Assembly: GCA_040954595.2 (NCBI GenBank)
Contig: CM082579.2
Span: 926,922 to 990,921, forward strand
Source of the DNA: Balanoglossus misakiensis
Lineage: Eukaryota > Animalia > Hemichordata
Reading direction: 5' to 3'
DNA: 64,000 bases
The notes under the pieces: model-generated
The model's input: only the letters and a program-made list of their open reading frames with translations
Database searches by the model: none
What the model was told of the DNA's origin: nothing
In this document: piece after piece, positions 37,801-52,940 of the stretch
How the letters are laid out: each line of letters begins with the position of its first letter
Numbering within the stretch: the first letter of the stretch is position 1
Translations under genes and position numbers: made by a program

Positions 37801-40800
37801 AGAGAGCTTTTCTGAAAATATCGCCGTCAAAGTTCAAAATTTTGTCGAAAAATTTGATGTTTTACTTGTGTACATTATTTCTCATTCAAAGAAAATGAAA
37901 CCAATTAAATTTTACATTTTCATTGATTTTGGCAACCATTGCCTAGCAATGTAAATTATTCGGTATTGCCTTAACGAGCTTCCAGGTAAATGAGACAATT
38001 TGTCAAGCGCCTGTCAACCTCTCCCAATCGTTTCATCGCGTAAAGACCCTAATTGTTCGTTTAACAGCATCCGTGCATGGCGGGTTTTGATTTCGATCTT
38101 TTCCTTTTGGTGAAAGACGCTGCCGGCGATCTGAAGTCTTGTTGCTTTTTAATCCACATCGTTTACTTCCATCGATTGCTGGCATATGTATAGTGCAGTA
38201 CTGAAGAGCTGGAAGACCCAATGGCCTGTTATAACGCATACATTGAGTGTCGTTAGAAACAATTACAAGTCATGTATTAGTCCATATGAATTGGTGACTT
38301 AGGAAGTTAAACACGATGCAATCTCCGTTTAATTCATACACACAAAAACGCCCATTGTGTGATGCGTCACTTACAGTGCAGAAAACTATAATTCATTTTG
38401 TTACGATTGAACTACGAATAGATAGAATTTAAATATCAGTGGTGGATGAACAATAAGGGTGTACGTCATTAACATAGTATTAGCTGTAGTAGCCGTACAC
38501 CTGGGTATTTTGAATATTATGTTAGGCTTTTTGATTTTTGACTCTCGGCATGGGCAGTCAAGTGGCGTGAGCCGACCAGAAAACAGACAAATTGTACTCG
38601 GCCATGAGCGACGGGGACTGGAATCTTGTAATCCACGTGGGAGCTCGGTGTTGAAGTTCAGCACGTCGGGTATGTCCTGTTGGTTTGAATTCAGCGTTGC
38701 TCTCGGACTTAAAATGCATGTCTACGCCAGCAACTGTAAGTGAAGTGAACCTGTTACTTTCTTCGGAGAGGACTTCACGCCAGCGTGAACATTACAAGGA
38801 GAAGAATGTGGTTCAAAGCCAATATGTGTAATGACAGGGTGAACTGCGTATGGAGCCTTGAGCTCTCCACGGATTTGATGTCTGCAGAGCGTTTTAGTAA
38901 AAGCAAATTTCGCACTCGACGACTCTCTGTTCACACCAATCGGAATGAGTATATTCTGGTCAACTGTCAGGTAATAAAATTGCCATATCTCTTTTTATCT
39001 CTTTCAACACATCGGTTCTTTATGTTCATATCTAGATTGCAACCAGGGATTCCAATCTAGTTTCGGTCTACATTGACTGCTGTATCATTATAGTTTGAGT
39101 TAAGCAGATAGCGCAGGCGCTGAATAATCGTTGCGTGTTATCGTACCATCAGAGAGAGATGAGATAGTTCCCCATTACCAGCGCAGAGCCCGTCGCCATT
39201 TTAAATCGAGGGTGATGCACGTTAAACCGTGAAAGTTATCTTGGCCAATATTGGACCATGTTACACAAGGCGAAAAAATAGCCACACATGCGTGTTTGTC
39301 ATTGTTTTGTTTCGTTTTGACACACAAATCAAAATCATATGAAGTAATTGATACAATATACGGTGAATATGACATCAAATTATTAATAGCCATGATGATT
39401 GCAGTGTAGATCATTTCATTTCAATCACGTATTCACGAAGCTCCTCGTCGGGATGAATAAAACCTTGATTAGTGCTGGAATAGCTATACCCTGCTTCTAC
39501 TTGAACTCGCCACACCCATCACTTTGAATGTTATATTTGGCGGATAATGTTGAAGTAATGACCTTCTATCTCCAATGACGAGGAACTTGTGCCATCAAAC
39601 CCGACATTTACCTAACCATTGTGTATGCCGAAGTTAAAATTCAGTACATTTGGTAGAAAGTAAAATAAACGTGAAATAGCGACAGCATCTGAAAATATGG
39701 TGCCCGGTCGTGACTGTTTATCGTTATTTTTGCATATTCTGTAAATCTTTGCAGCAGCCGGTCACGATATTTTTCAAGCGATGTCAGTTGGTCTATTTAC
39801 CAGGATCATAGAAATCCACCATTTAAGTAGCGCTAAACAATATTGCACATGTGGATGGGTGTCATAAAATCGGGTATTAAAACTCATTTTGATACATATG
39901 CCACCCTGCTCCAGAAAAGACTCGGTACATCTCTCCGTATTGTGCAGTCTGTCAAATTCCAGCATTGTAGAATTGCAAACAATGCTAATCCTGACCCCAC
40001 GCTGCAGACGGGCCAATATCCTGACAAATGGCGTATAACGCAAGTACCCGTCTGACTGAGAACACATAATATTCATGATCCAGAATGCAAACTTAGTCTT
40101 TAAAAAATAAAATAAAACATGCGGTAGTAGCTATGATAAAGGTTTTGTATTTTTAATGCTATGAGATAGCTCTGGGCATGTGGTCGTTTTAGCATTGTAC
40201 AGAATGATACTCCTTAAGCCCTTCATTTACTGATGTTGTGTAAAGATTGGATTCATTTCAATTTGGGTCGACTGCAGAAACCAACTGGTAGTCAGCTGGA
40301 TTGACTCCTTTTCTGCTAATTTTTCTTGTCTTCGTAATTGGGCCAGTATTCACACTCTTATAGAGTTGGAGGTACAGGACACTAGGGGGGACCCATCATA
40401 AAGAGAACTCACACTGTCATAAAAGCCAGTGGACAAACCTGTGGGGTTTAGTTTTTGGTTATTAAAACGCGGATGGAAAGGTGATAATATTCATTTAGTG
40501 GGACGGCGTCACTAGTTACAAAGTTGACTCGATTTATATTTATGCATCACGTTTTCAAAACATAACTTACGATTAAATATCACATCATACATACGTAATA
40601 TCCTTCCTTGAATTCAATACATCAACTCTCAGAAATTACTTGCCGTAATTTCAAAAGACAGCGCTGGAACGTTGACCCGAGTTCGATATTTTATATGCGG
40701 ACGTTTTTGTCGTTTTACGTTTATTGCGCTTCCCGAATGGGCACATAAATTTTGTTTCAAATCAAGATGGCCGCTGCGTTTTCAGAGTGGAAATGTAAAC

Positions 40801-43800
40801 TATCTCAAATCAATATGGCTGCCACTGGCGCTGGCTACCTGAGAGGCAGTTATTATTTATGACAGCCGTAAAACTGACAGTAGATTGTATGATTTCGTGT
40901 TCCGTGGATGAAGAAAATATCAAATTGAAAGAGAGAGCTGTCTCGTTTTTCTCAAGGAGTTGATACTTTATATGTATAAACAGCATATACGAATGGTTAC
41001 AGTACAATCGAAGTCCACGTGATGAAACTCTTACAAATTTATTTCACAATTTCGCCTTGGGACAGATATAACGTTTATTTAGAGATAGGGGCACTTATTG
41101 TGATTGTTTGAAGAAACGTTGGGGAGTGAAGTAAAGATTACATCGTAAAATATGAAGTAAGTTTTCGCGATTCCATGTTCAAACGTATGATTATGATGCT
41201 GCCGATATTCAAAATGTGACGTGCAGGTTTTACACACAATCTGACACGGATGTAAAATATGTCAAGAGCTTATAAACGGATGAGATAGGGAGCACTTCAG
41301 TTCTAAAATCGTGACTGCAGGGCAGCATACGTGTATGGATGGAATATCCACTGCCATCCATCGCCAGCCAACAATGCAAAGACCGTATATATGCAAAACA
41401 GACGTAAGACTAGAAAATATGGTTCTAAATGATGGACAATTACTGGTGACTCAATCCATCTCTGACGTCACCGACATGTAAATTACATCCGAAGCGGTTT
41501 TTGGGAAACGTGGCCCACACGTTAGTCTAAACACTATGCTACACTCAAAGTAAATTGTGTTAAAATGTCTTCCACGAGCTTAATGCAACCCGCATACAAA
41601 TTTAACACCATGTATGACAATACGTAGTACATTCCTAAAGTAGTGCATTTCGCTCAGTCCCAAAACGAATAACTTGTAATATAAATACATATAAACATGC
41701 ATACATGTACGATCTAAACTAGACACCAAAGGAGTGGTGAAATTGTTCGGTTTGCAGAGGTGTCCAGTTCATAGAGGTTAATTTAACATGTCCTTATGCA
41801 AAAGAGATGTTCAGTATAGACATGTTTCCAGCTTAGACAGCGTTCGGTTTAGACAGGTTTGGCTGTATATATCATCGTCTAGCTTATCGTGATATTTCCT
41901 TATCAACTTCTGCTTCAGCCCGAGGCTTCAGCTAAAAGCCTTGTTTTATAACTGAGTAACAGTACTTCCTTTAAATTCTACAATCGAATTTACGATGTGT
42001 TTTACCCCACAATGACCTGACCTGACTTGGCGTGGCACTGTGAATACAAACATTGGTGTCAGGAAATGCAGACATGGCGTCAAAAATGCTTGGTGATTGT
42101 GGATGTCGCCTGATACATGTACGGAGTCGTTATGATGTTCAAGTCACTGACAAAGAGATTCGTTTTACCCCCTTTGTGCTAATATCCAGAGCTTATCAAT
42201 CTCAGCGACATGCTTCAGAGCTCATATTAGAATATCCATCTTGCCGACAGTCAAGAGAGAGAAAGTCATTTTCCACAGATCTCATTGCAATGTTCGAAGA
42301 AGAGAAAATGATAGCAAATGATAAGATGGAACACGTCGTTAGTAATACAAAGATACGAGATAAGCATCTCATCAAGATCATCAAATATCGACTGATAAAT
42401 GCAACTACTGTTTAATACAATATCACATATTTTGCGAATTTACGTAAATACAAATTACCATAGATGTATATCTCAGAGAAAATTCTAGAAATAAAGTCAA
42501 ATGGGTAATTCATCCAGTCGATTGTCAACACACCCAAGCGAACTCCGCGCAGTATAAATTTGCACGCGCAGCGGTTTGTCCTCTATATATGTTTTGTTAC
42601 CTAGGAAACGGTGATCCCGCTTTTATAAATAACGTTTCATATTCATTTCATATGATGAAAAATGGAACATTTTCACAACGTGTCGCCGTATTGCAATACA
42701 TAGTAGTTTGCTGCTGTTTGGTAAATGTCTTGTCTGGCGTTTTATTAAATTTCAGTCAATATTTCAAAGGGTTAAGGAAAGTTATACGGGCATTTTTATT
42801 GCTGAAATGGAAAGTTATATTAATTCCATTTTTATTTGTTAGCTGACGCATCACTCCCCTGGATTGGACATAATTAATCTTCCGGCGTTATCTTTTATGA
42901 TTTTTTTAACCATAATTGTGTTTGTTTCGCCCTTCTACATATTCTAATTAAATGGATTCCTCGTTCTATATTTAGTTAGCCTTTATAGGTGAAAAAAATT
43001 GGATGGGGTGGTCAAAATTGTTGTTTAAATGAAGGAGTGATTAAAAATTATATGCATCGCCATGTTTGTATTCACTTCATACCGATTGGTAATGAGCTGC
43101 CGTTGTATTACTCATTAATAACATCTTTTGAAAATCCCTAAAGTGCAAATCAAATATTAAAACAGTTCTGAGAAGTCGGCAATCATATTTGTTAAAATGC
43201 TTATGCCACGTGTCTTCAAACTCTGTGCCATTGAATTCACATTGATTGGAGCCTTCGACTATATCCATGGCAACATAATGTCAGCCAACAGGGATCTACC
43301 CAGAATACGTTTCAAAAGACTCCTACGAATTCATAAAAAGCAATGACTTTCAGATAATAGGTCAAACATCTAGCTACAATCTTGACCTGGATGCGTTTAC
43401 ATTTTTCACCATTCATATTCTCCGTCAAGTGCTAAAGAGGAAACGCAATGTGTTCTCAGCAATTCTGCAGAGTAGTAAAACATCAAGCAATTCTGACGAT
43501 GGAGAGTGATGTACTTGTCCCAGTCACTTTAAATTCACAACTCAAAACGGCCGCGTTTTTCTAATAGCATTGTTATATTCAAACGTCGCTCACCAAATAA
43601 GAGACTCAGTTTACGTATAGACATAAAAGTAAAAATTATTGCCAGCCTCTTGAGTATTCGTGAACTTATATTTTGATAAAACGTCCTGATTTCTCAGGTA
43701 TACCACAGTATGGCAGTTGTGTAATAATAGCGCAATTATGAGGATATCGGATAACCCTTCCTACTAATGTCTTATAATTATACGCATTTAAATCGAAGAG

Positions 43801-46800
43801 CATACAATGCCTCCTATCGTTACCGCTCTTTTACGTGTCTCGGTCATTCATTGCAGCGCAAGTCACGTTCTCCCATCCCATAATATGTGCTTATCTCAGG
43901 CGACAAGTCGATTTGCCACGGTGATTCGAAAGTATGACGCCATCTTGTTTATCTATCATGGAAATGAGGTTTTATCCTTCGGTGATAGTGTCGACATCTC
44001 AAGATAAACTATGCTGATGTTGCCAGCCTGAGGAACTATGAAATTCTAGTAATCTTTATGTCCTTTAAGATTAGAAAGGGAAGGCGTCAGAAATAAGAAA
44101 AATATCCACGAAATTTCGGTTAGAATTTTACAGGTCTGTTACTCTCGACACATCAAAGATGAGTTGTCCACGTGTGCTAAAACGACCAACACTGGAACAC
44201 ATCAGCAGCGACATTAATCAGGAACAGCTAATATCCGGACTGCCTTGATTTAAAAGGCATTTCAGCCGCCATTTTTTGTTGTTGAAATATCAATGATTGA
44301 AAATTGGAACAAGGCGACATTCCGTTTTTAATCAGCAAAAATCAATTTCAATGTAGGCCCTTTAAGATTCCGTATCAGTACCATGAGGGGGGATAGTCTT
44401 TGATTTCCTGACACCAGTTCATGTATCTTCAAACTGAGTATTGTGTATACATACAGTAAGAGTTCTAGACGAGTTCGCAAACAATCTGGTTTAAAAACTC
44501 AGCCCACTTGTTCCATCATTATGCTGCCCATTGTTAGCCTACATCCACTCTTTTTAGTATAAAAAGCTCGATATTTTTTATGTTACGATATCTCCTTGTC
44601 TATGGAGTGTCTCTTCTTTATGATTATATTTCTTTCTTTCTTTCTTTTTTCTACAGCTTTATTTCTTTTTTTTATGCATTATTATCTCTGTCATCTCACA
44701 ACTACTAACTTTTGATTTTTTGTCTGTTCTCTTCCATATTTGATTTTAATTCTGACTTCATCATCGTCGCTTTTCTCATTGCTGTCTTCTATTTATTTTT
44801 GGATTAGACGTCGCAAACGGTATAAATCCTATTTTATTTTATTTTAAATTTTGTGGGTTTTGTTTTTTATCTTGTTGGTATCGTATATGCCATTGTCTGT
44901 GCGCCTGTCCCTTCTCGTTATATTATGAACACCCACTTTCATTTTCTGTTTGCTGTACACTAACTCTATGTCTTGATACATTTTGTATTACCTATTGTTT
45001 GATTTGCCTGCTCGTATTCAAAGCTTGCCACACCCACCTCTTCCCATCCCACTGCTCTTTAAGTTCCCGACTAATTAGTTTGCACATCATAAAACAGATA
45101 ATTAAGTTTCAAAACAGTACACTGCATCTATGTATAGATTTGGACGAGTGGCATAGTGTTAAGATATGTTTCCCACCAACAGACCCTGTATAGAGATATT
45201 TCTTTTGTGTTTGATTCAATCACATCGAATCTTCCTGGTACTGATGTAAGCTCCAGTGGCTTCTCCCTACAGATATTAATCACCCAGAGAGCCAAAATTG
45301 TCATGTGACAGTAAAGGTGTTCACGGTATTCAGAGACAGAAAGATAGGAAGGACTTATTAGTCTTTCTTTCTTCCTATCCCTTTTATTATGTCTTTTGTC
45401 AGTGTACAAACAATCATTTGGTCGTTTAAATTGAGATTCTGCACTTCAATTTTAATCGCTTTATGTTGTTATGTCTTTAGACCTTGATAACAACCTCAGC
45501 TATAATGTCAATTATTTTTTAATCATTCATGATTATTCTTCTGTGGGAAACCTTTACAGCGAATAGTTTGTTTTCACATTATTCGGACACTTTCAACAAT
45601 GCTATGTTGATCAGACTGCCTTGGACGCAAGAAAAATTAGCGTTGATGATTAAAAGACGCACAAAAAGTTAAGCGAACATTTTGTTTTGCGAAGTAGACA
45701 CCGCGTAATTGACTACTGACGTAATTCGCAGTGGATTTTAACAAGATGCAACACCGGGTTAATGTTGCTACACGTCTACCGCGGGCAAGCGCTTCGTGTT
45801 GCCGCCATAACACTCAATCACACTATGTCCACGATGTCCACCAACCATGGAATTAAAATTTGTAAAAACGGGTTATATTTGAAAATTCTGCTTCCTGCAA
45901 ATGTGGCTGTCAACCGTCTGATTGCTGCTTCAAGTTAATGTGAGCACGTAGCGCAACAACAAACCATCGTTTATTTCATCCCCTTGGCAACGGGATGAAA
46001 AGAAGATGAGAAAGGCTGTCAATATAATGTCCTTGTAAGAATCGCTTCGTCTTACACATCTATGGACAAAGGGAACTGTTTAGTCATACTGTTACATGTT
46101 TCTGTGGTCTGATGCGTCACAGATTTGGCGCCCGAGAAGGAACATGTCTCGAACGCTTTTTACTGTCACTGTTCATGCTGTTTTAACGCCAATAATTTCG
46201 GGAGCGCGCTTGTCGGATTTATGCAAGTAGGTCGTCGAATTGACACGTTGTTTGGAGTTCATAACGGAACAAATAATCTTAAAAAATTTGTGTTAGAAAG
46301 TGTACATCGAATATTACAACAATTTTCAAATGCCTATTTTCCTAAACGTGTCCATATGCTCCGATCACGAACACATCTCTTGCTCTGTACTGACATAACG
46401 GGCTGCAAAATACCCTTATTGTTGGATGCAAAGCAAACTAATCGACGTTTAATTTGGTAAGTGACAAGGCAATATGGTATTGACAACGAAAAATGGTCCT
46501 TCGTTTATTCAGAAAGACGTAGTGCGATGGATTTAGGTAGATGGTGAGGATGAAAAATGCTGAATGACTGACCTTGGATCATTGCAGATTTGTCTTCATT
46601 TCGCTTTCCCCGGGCTGCAGAGAAAATTGAGATAAAAAAACACAAGCAAACAACGCACAATTCTTGCAGAAATGATCGAAAGCATATGTGGTGCTATTTA
46701 AATTAGCTCATGGAATTGCAAAGTGTTAGTAATGTACGATACCATAGTTGTCAAGTTTCGACTTCAAAATAGCGATGATCCCTGTAATATAAAACCGTCT

Positions 46801-49800
46801 TTTTCACCTGGCACTTAATTCATGTCATCAAAATTAAAGGCGTTGAGTGGCATTGGTTAACCAAATCGTTTGGAATCAATTTTTATTTACGTTTTCCACG
46901 GGAAGCTCTCCTCCTCTGTAATCTGCAGAAAATACGAAACCTTTGTGCATCGAACAACTTGAAGAGACCTGTTAATGATTGGGAACATTGCACGGAACCC
47001 TTCCCATGGGATTAAGAGCTGTTTAAATGAAACTGAAGTAGTGCGCGCGCACGTCATGCTTCATCGCTTACGCTGAATCTTGACACGAAAACATCTTCAT
47101 CTAACCCATCAAACATGGCAAACGAAACCTGTGTTCGTGTGCCACCGCATCTACTTTGCAATTAAATGTCCCAAATTTACGCCCAGACTTTCGTTGTTAA
47201 CGAAGACAATCACGTTGATTTTTAATAAAACCAGAGAATGGTGAATTTCGAATCTTTTATTTTCCAAACACGTATTTGTCAGTCGAGCGCTTAGCAACAC
47301 CGGAAAGATACATGTGTAGAGCAATCTTCTTCAGAAATTCATTCCTTAGACGCATTCAGCAGTTCATTCCAATTTTTACACATTGACCAAATTGTTGGAA
47401 CAGCATCTGTCAATACTTTATTACCATCGTTAAATTGGATGGGAACCTTTCTTTGAATATTTTCCATGGTTATTTGACCTTTAGCGTATTAGAATAATTC
47501 AACATAATAACACAACGCACCATTGGTGATCTCCACATATTTGTTATACATGTACACACAGTGTAGGTAATTATTGGAGCAATTATCTTGGAGTGATGCG
47601 GCTGTATTTCTGCCAGAAATGAGATGACTAAATAATTTCAAAGAGGAGGATAAAATAAAATAACAGCAATCATACCCCAAATAACTGGAACGCTCCGTTA
47701 TACCTACTGTTACACATACTAGACAAGTGACAGAAAATAAGCAGAAACTGGAGTTATTGTAATAGGAATTCGTTATACACAGAACACTCTCACTGATGTC
47801 GTCTTGCATCACTTGTTGTCTAAGAGGCGTTCCAGTCTTCATCGGTTAATGTTACCTGTCATTAGAGTACATGTATTTGAATCTCAGGCCATGTGACTGA
47901 GTTTGAATGTAGGCGTTCTCTATGCCACTTGTTTACAGATTTGCAACAGAAGGAGTTGTTTCTCTCTTCATTTGGAAATAAGCAAATGTAGTGTGCTATA
48001 CGCCTGACCTAGGCAATGCGTTGGTAATTGAACATGCCGCAAATACACATGAGCAGTGTCTTCTTAAAATGATAAATGGCTGATAATCTACTCTAAAAGT
48101 TGATTACTATCAATTTACGCCCAGAAAAAAGTGCCGCCGAGATTTCGTTTCTATCGGATGTAGTTGAATTATACATGTTTTCATCATCAGCTGGATTTCG
48201 AAAGGTAGTCTAATTGTAAAATACAATTTACTTGGGATATCAACCTCAAGCATTTCATGTGCCCGGAATGACTTTCCTATTTCCTATTTACTTTGGCAAT
48301 GATCTCAATGAATAAATAAGCACAGGTAATTTTAGATAAAAGAAACGTTTTGAACATACAACAGAACGGCAAGGATGTTCGGATCACAATCGCTCAGTGC
48401 AGTCTTAATGTCAAAGGACCGTTGTGAGACATTGTGCGTGCATGAAATATCCGATACGTTTACGTCATTTTTCAAATTACTGTAAATCGTTGGTAGCGCC
48501 ATCCATTTAGTTATTGACTTCACAAGTCTAAGGGTCAAATGTCAAACGACAAAGAGGACTCATTTTTCCCAATTGAAAATGTGAAAGTCAAATAATTACA
48601 GGATCTACGCAGGACGAAATTAAAGAACGTTTTGACTTATAGCCGCGGATTTAGTTTTGTTCATGCATTTCAAATTAATCAAATTTGAACGATGACAACT
48701 GGCCAGAAGTAAACAGCTGGTATTATATTGCCGTAACCATGGACACTACTGTTTCTCATCCATCAATCTATTCTTGTTGGTCTTTGTTATAGAATCAATC
48801 TATTTTGCTCTTAAAAACTAAGACAATTTTACCAGATAATCGTTCTCGTCAGGAAACTTCTGGAAATATTCTATCGAATGACTCCCACACGTTTTTGTCT
48901 ACTTTTTTTTAAAAAATTGAAGGATTGTTGCGTTGCTAATGATTTCTTCAGAACAACAAGTTCGTAGCTGATGAAAATCACTGACACTTTTTTTCTAAAA
49001 GCTAATGGAAGACACACTTACAACTTCATACTCCCCTTGAGGGGGTGTGACATGATCAGCTCTCCAGGTTGAAATTCTCATTGCATTAGCTTCAAAGACA
49101 CAGGAAACGTTCCTTGAGTAGGTTTATGACCTGTAGTGATTTACAGTATCAGTTACTCGGCAAATTCCTCTCCGTAGTGTTGATGCTTCAACTACTTGTG
49201 AACGATAGTCTGAACGGAAGGGCGACATTTGCACTGCATGCTGGGAATATCAGATGGCCCGTCGATTTGTTTGATAATCAGCAAGAAATGAAGTTGAGAA
49301 TCTGAAAGACGCTTGTAGGCTCACGAAGAACGTATATACCCTCAAGGGGGTTTGACTTCTGTAATCTATCGACGACATATGGATTTCTTCCGATTTGCTT
49401 GTCATCGCCAAAGGGGCAGTGTTAACAAATGTCTGAAAGCTCGATGACATGAACGTTAATTTCATGGTCCCAGTCAGTATCGTGTCCGATGACTTTTTTT
49501 GTAAAGACGCACTTCCATTCAGCGCTGATAAATTGACGACCAACAAATGAAAAGGAATGTCAATTTGCGTTTATAGTCATTGACGGTTGGAAATTCGTGT
49601 TGTGGAAATGTGACTGAATGGACAGGATGATGTACTGCGCACCATCTACTCTGTATAGCATATTGACACAAATCAATGAACATCTACACACGTTTTAGCC
49701 CGAGGTGCATCTAGATAATTGGAGATTTTTGAGAAACCTTCGTTTCGAGCTCTCCGGGTCTATCAATCACACTGAAATACCATGAATACCAATTTCTAGG

Positions 49801-52800
49801 TGAAAAAACCTAGAATCTCCTCACAGATATACGATTATATTTTTCCGATTTGAAAGGAAAGGACATTTGTGTTGGAAAATCGGTGTGAAATTTTGATGTT
49901 GTCTAGCTATTTATTTTGGTGTCTATCTGTCTGCATTTCTGTGGGTGTTTTGCATTTTGTCAAATAGATCCTTCAGATTGTGTGTGTCGTCTGTGTGTCG
50001 GAGGACAATACGCGAATATAGGAAACCTTCTGGCAGAATTCAGTTTGACTGATTACGCCATTATCGATATAATATGACTACAGGATGGACGGATGGGCCC
50101 GCGTCGTGTTTTAAAGACTGAACAATATCGGTTACACGGTTTGTTCTGAGTCTGCGATACGGTTTAAGGAATGGAAGGAGCTTTTTAGTAATCTAAGCAA
50201 AATGTAAGCAAAATGCAAAATAAGGGGAAATTAAAAAAATTATTTGTTGTCGCCATTATTACGATTGTACTACGAATGCATATAATTTAAATATCAGTGG
50301 TGAATGAACAATAAGGGTGTACGTCATTAACATAGCGTTAGCTGTAGTAGCCGTACACCTGGGTATTTTGAATATTACGTAAGGGTTTTTGATTTTTGAC
50401 TCTCTGCAACGGCAGTCAAGTGGCGTGAGCCGACCAGAAAACAGACAAGTTGTACTCGGCCATGAGCGACGGGGACTGGAATCTTGTAATCCACGTGGGA
50501 GCTCGGTGTTGAAGTTCAGCACGTCGGGTATGTCCTGTTGGTTTGAATTCAGCGTTGCTCTCGGACCTACGCCAGCTACTGTAAGTGAAGTGAACCTGTT
50601 ACTTTCTTCTGAGAGGACTTCAGGAAAGAACTGTGTGAGAAAACAGCACGCCAGCGTGAACCATCGTCGGGTCGGTGCAGAGAACTCACGGAACACTGAA
50701 TTATCGCGTCCGCTCACCACGTGTGTAATATTACCGCGGAACTGATACAAGTTTCCTACTTATGAATACACGTATCATCAAGAATACAGTGTGATGTATG
50801 TTTGCATTCAAATGAATCAAATCATTCCACAGCAAGACTGTAAAACATTAATTTAATTAAGAGCGGGCACCCCAATAACTCGACGAATAAATCTAATTTG
50901 ATAAACTTTCCGTGTTTTAGTACAAAACAAATTCATGGAGTCAATTTTTCTTAGTCCTCTAAATTCTGTTGTTCACAAATTTCTCGAAAATTCGCGTAGT
51001 TGATTCACTTCTTTTACACGACACCAGAAGACTTAGACATAGACCGTATGTCACCATCGAGTTTTGGCGAGAAAGGTCGTCTGCAACAAAACCACGGCAC
51101 ATAAAACACGGTTCAGACAATCATTATACAACGCCGCAATTCAAAAACCCCGATAGTCGGCAATTGATTCAATCATTTCGGGCAGTCGTGCATAAATCCA
51201 AATTGGAGGTTCACTTAAACTGCGCTGCAAGATTGTCCGCCATATTGGATGACATGCGTGCTCTCGTAGTGGCTTTTCTCGAAAATTCAACGACGGTAAT
51301 TTTCTCCCTCAATATTTCAAAATTGATGCGATCTTGCATTGTTAATGTAGTAATGTCAGTTTTGACCCCTGGTAGACTTTATATCCAACGTATGTACAAT
51401 GAAAAAATACCTTGTAGACCCCTCTGCGAAATCCAATTGAAATGTTTAATTTTTTCATACATTACACCATGTAGGCTAGACAGTCACCCAAGGCGCCCAT
51501 ACGATAAAACAATACTCTTACACGTCAGCATCATGTAAAATTATTTCATATTATGCAAACTTGAATCACCAAGTCTGTTCATGTCGGTCGCAAATGCAGA
51601 TTCAAGTACTGTCGTTTGTGCAGGACAATTGTAAAGATTGACAAATTGCAAATGACGAATTTTCGCGGGACCCCGGCTATAACTCAGTCTTTGCACCGAT
51701 AATTGAACTATCGCGGAAGGACTCGTTTTTATAAATTGCATAGATACTTCATTTGGACACTGCATTATGATGTTATTGAGTAATTGGTCACAAAGTACAA
51801 ACTGCTTGTAGCGCCGGTTATTTTTCATTACGGACAGCTTCACAAATTACTGAATAGGAAATGGAATCAAACCATACATGCCATCCTTTTAACTTTGTAA
51901 GTAGCTACATGTATGTAGTAATGCTATTCCGCACGGTAATAGTCTTGCAGGGGTGACTTCATTTATGAAACTCTATATGCACTGAACAAGAGCAATCAGT
52001 ATAATGGAGAATTTAAATTCGTGTGTTTGTCACGGGGTGTAGAGGGAAATTTTTGCATGACATTTTCGTTATTTAAAGACTGACGAAACAATTAGGGCTT
52101 CGAAATATATATAATATTTCTGTTTCTCGAGGACTTTACTATTCTGTTTTATTTCACCGACGAGATTTATTTTCGCTTACAACGCCCTCTATGACCAGAT
52201 TGGGTAAGATCACGAGACCACACCTCGCCCAAAAAGAAACAAAAATGTCGGTCGAGATGGTCGTGTCACTTTCAAAAAAGAAATGTGATTCCGTACGTTC
52301 TGCACAACTTGAATAAATAAGAAAAAACAACCCAGAACGAATGATTAATGCCATTTCAAAAAAACTAGCACGTACTTGTAACACTGAGTTGTAGAAGCTA
52401 AGGTATTCCTTCGACATGTATAACACAAAGTGGTGATCATGAACCCTACGATTGACTCTGTTTTTCTTCTTCTCCTTCTAGGCGAAAGTCTCGGCGGATA
52501 GTGAAGGTAGTTAACACATCCGGGGCTGGTTACTACCGCTGGCTGTGTGTGATCACATTAGCAGTGCTCTATAATCTTTACCTCATCATAGCAAGGGCCG
52601 TGTTCATAGAACTGCAGACAGAAAACCTCACTCTTTGGCTAACCCTTGATTATCTCTCTGATGTTATATACATACTGGACATGATTGTCAAAGCCAGAAC
52701 TGGTAAGTGGTTTTTCTGCTTTCCCACAAGCAACAGATCTTGATCTTAGCTTGTGCTTTGCCTGGCTGTTGCAAATTTGCTTGAATGTTATTTTGAGCTG

Positions 52801-52842
52801 ATTGGTGTGTGAAATGGCATTATTGATGAACCATGATGAACC

Positions 52843-52940
<98 letters not shown>

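Noticed and set aside
50259-50750. Near-identical ORFs at 38401-38743 and 50259-50750 as a nested duplicated gene
   Set aside because: Similarity follows from the DNA repeat; the 13-nt and ~26-nt indels between copies break frame.
50969-51538. 189-aa ORF in the CNG intron
   Set aside because: Non-ATG start, no recognisable motif and no compatible splice sites; exons ending 35285 and starting 52482 already join in frame.
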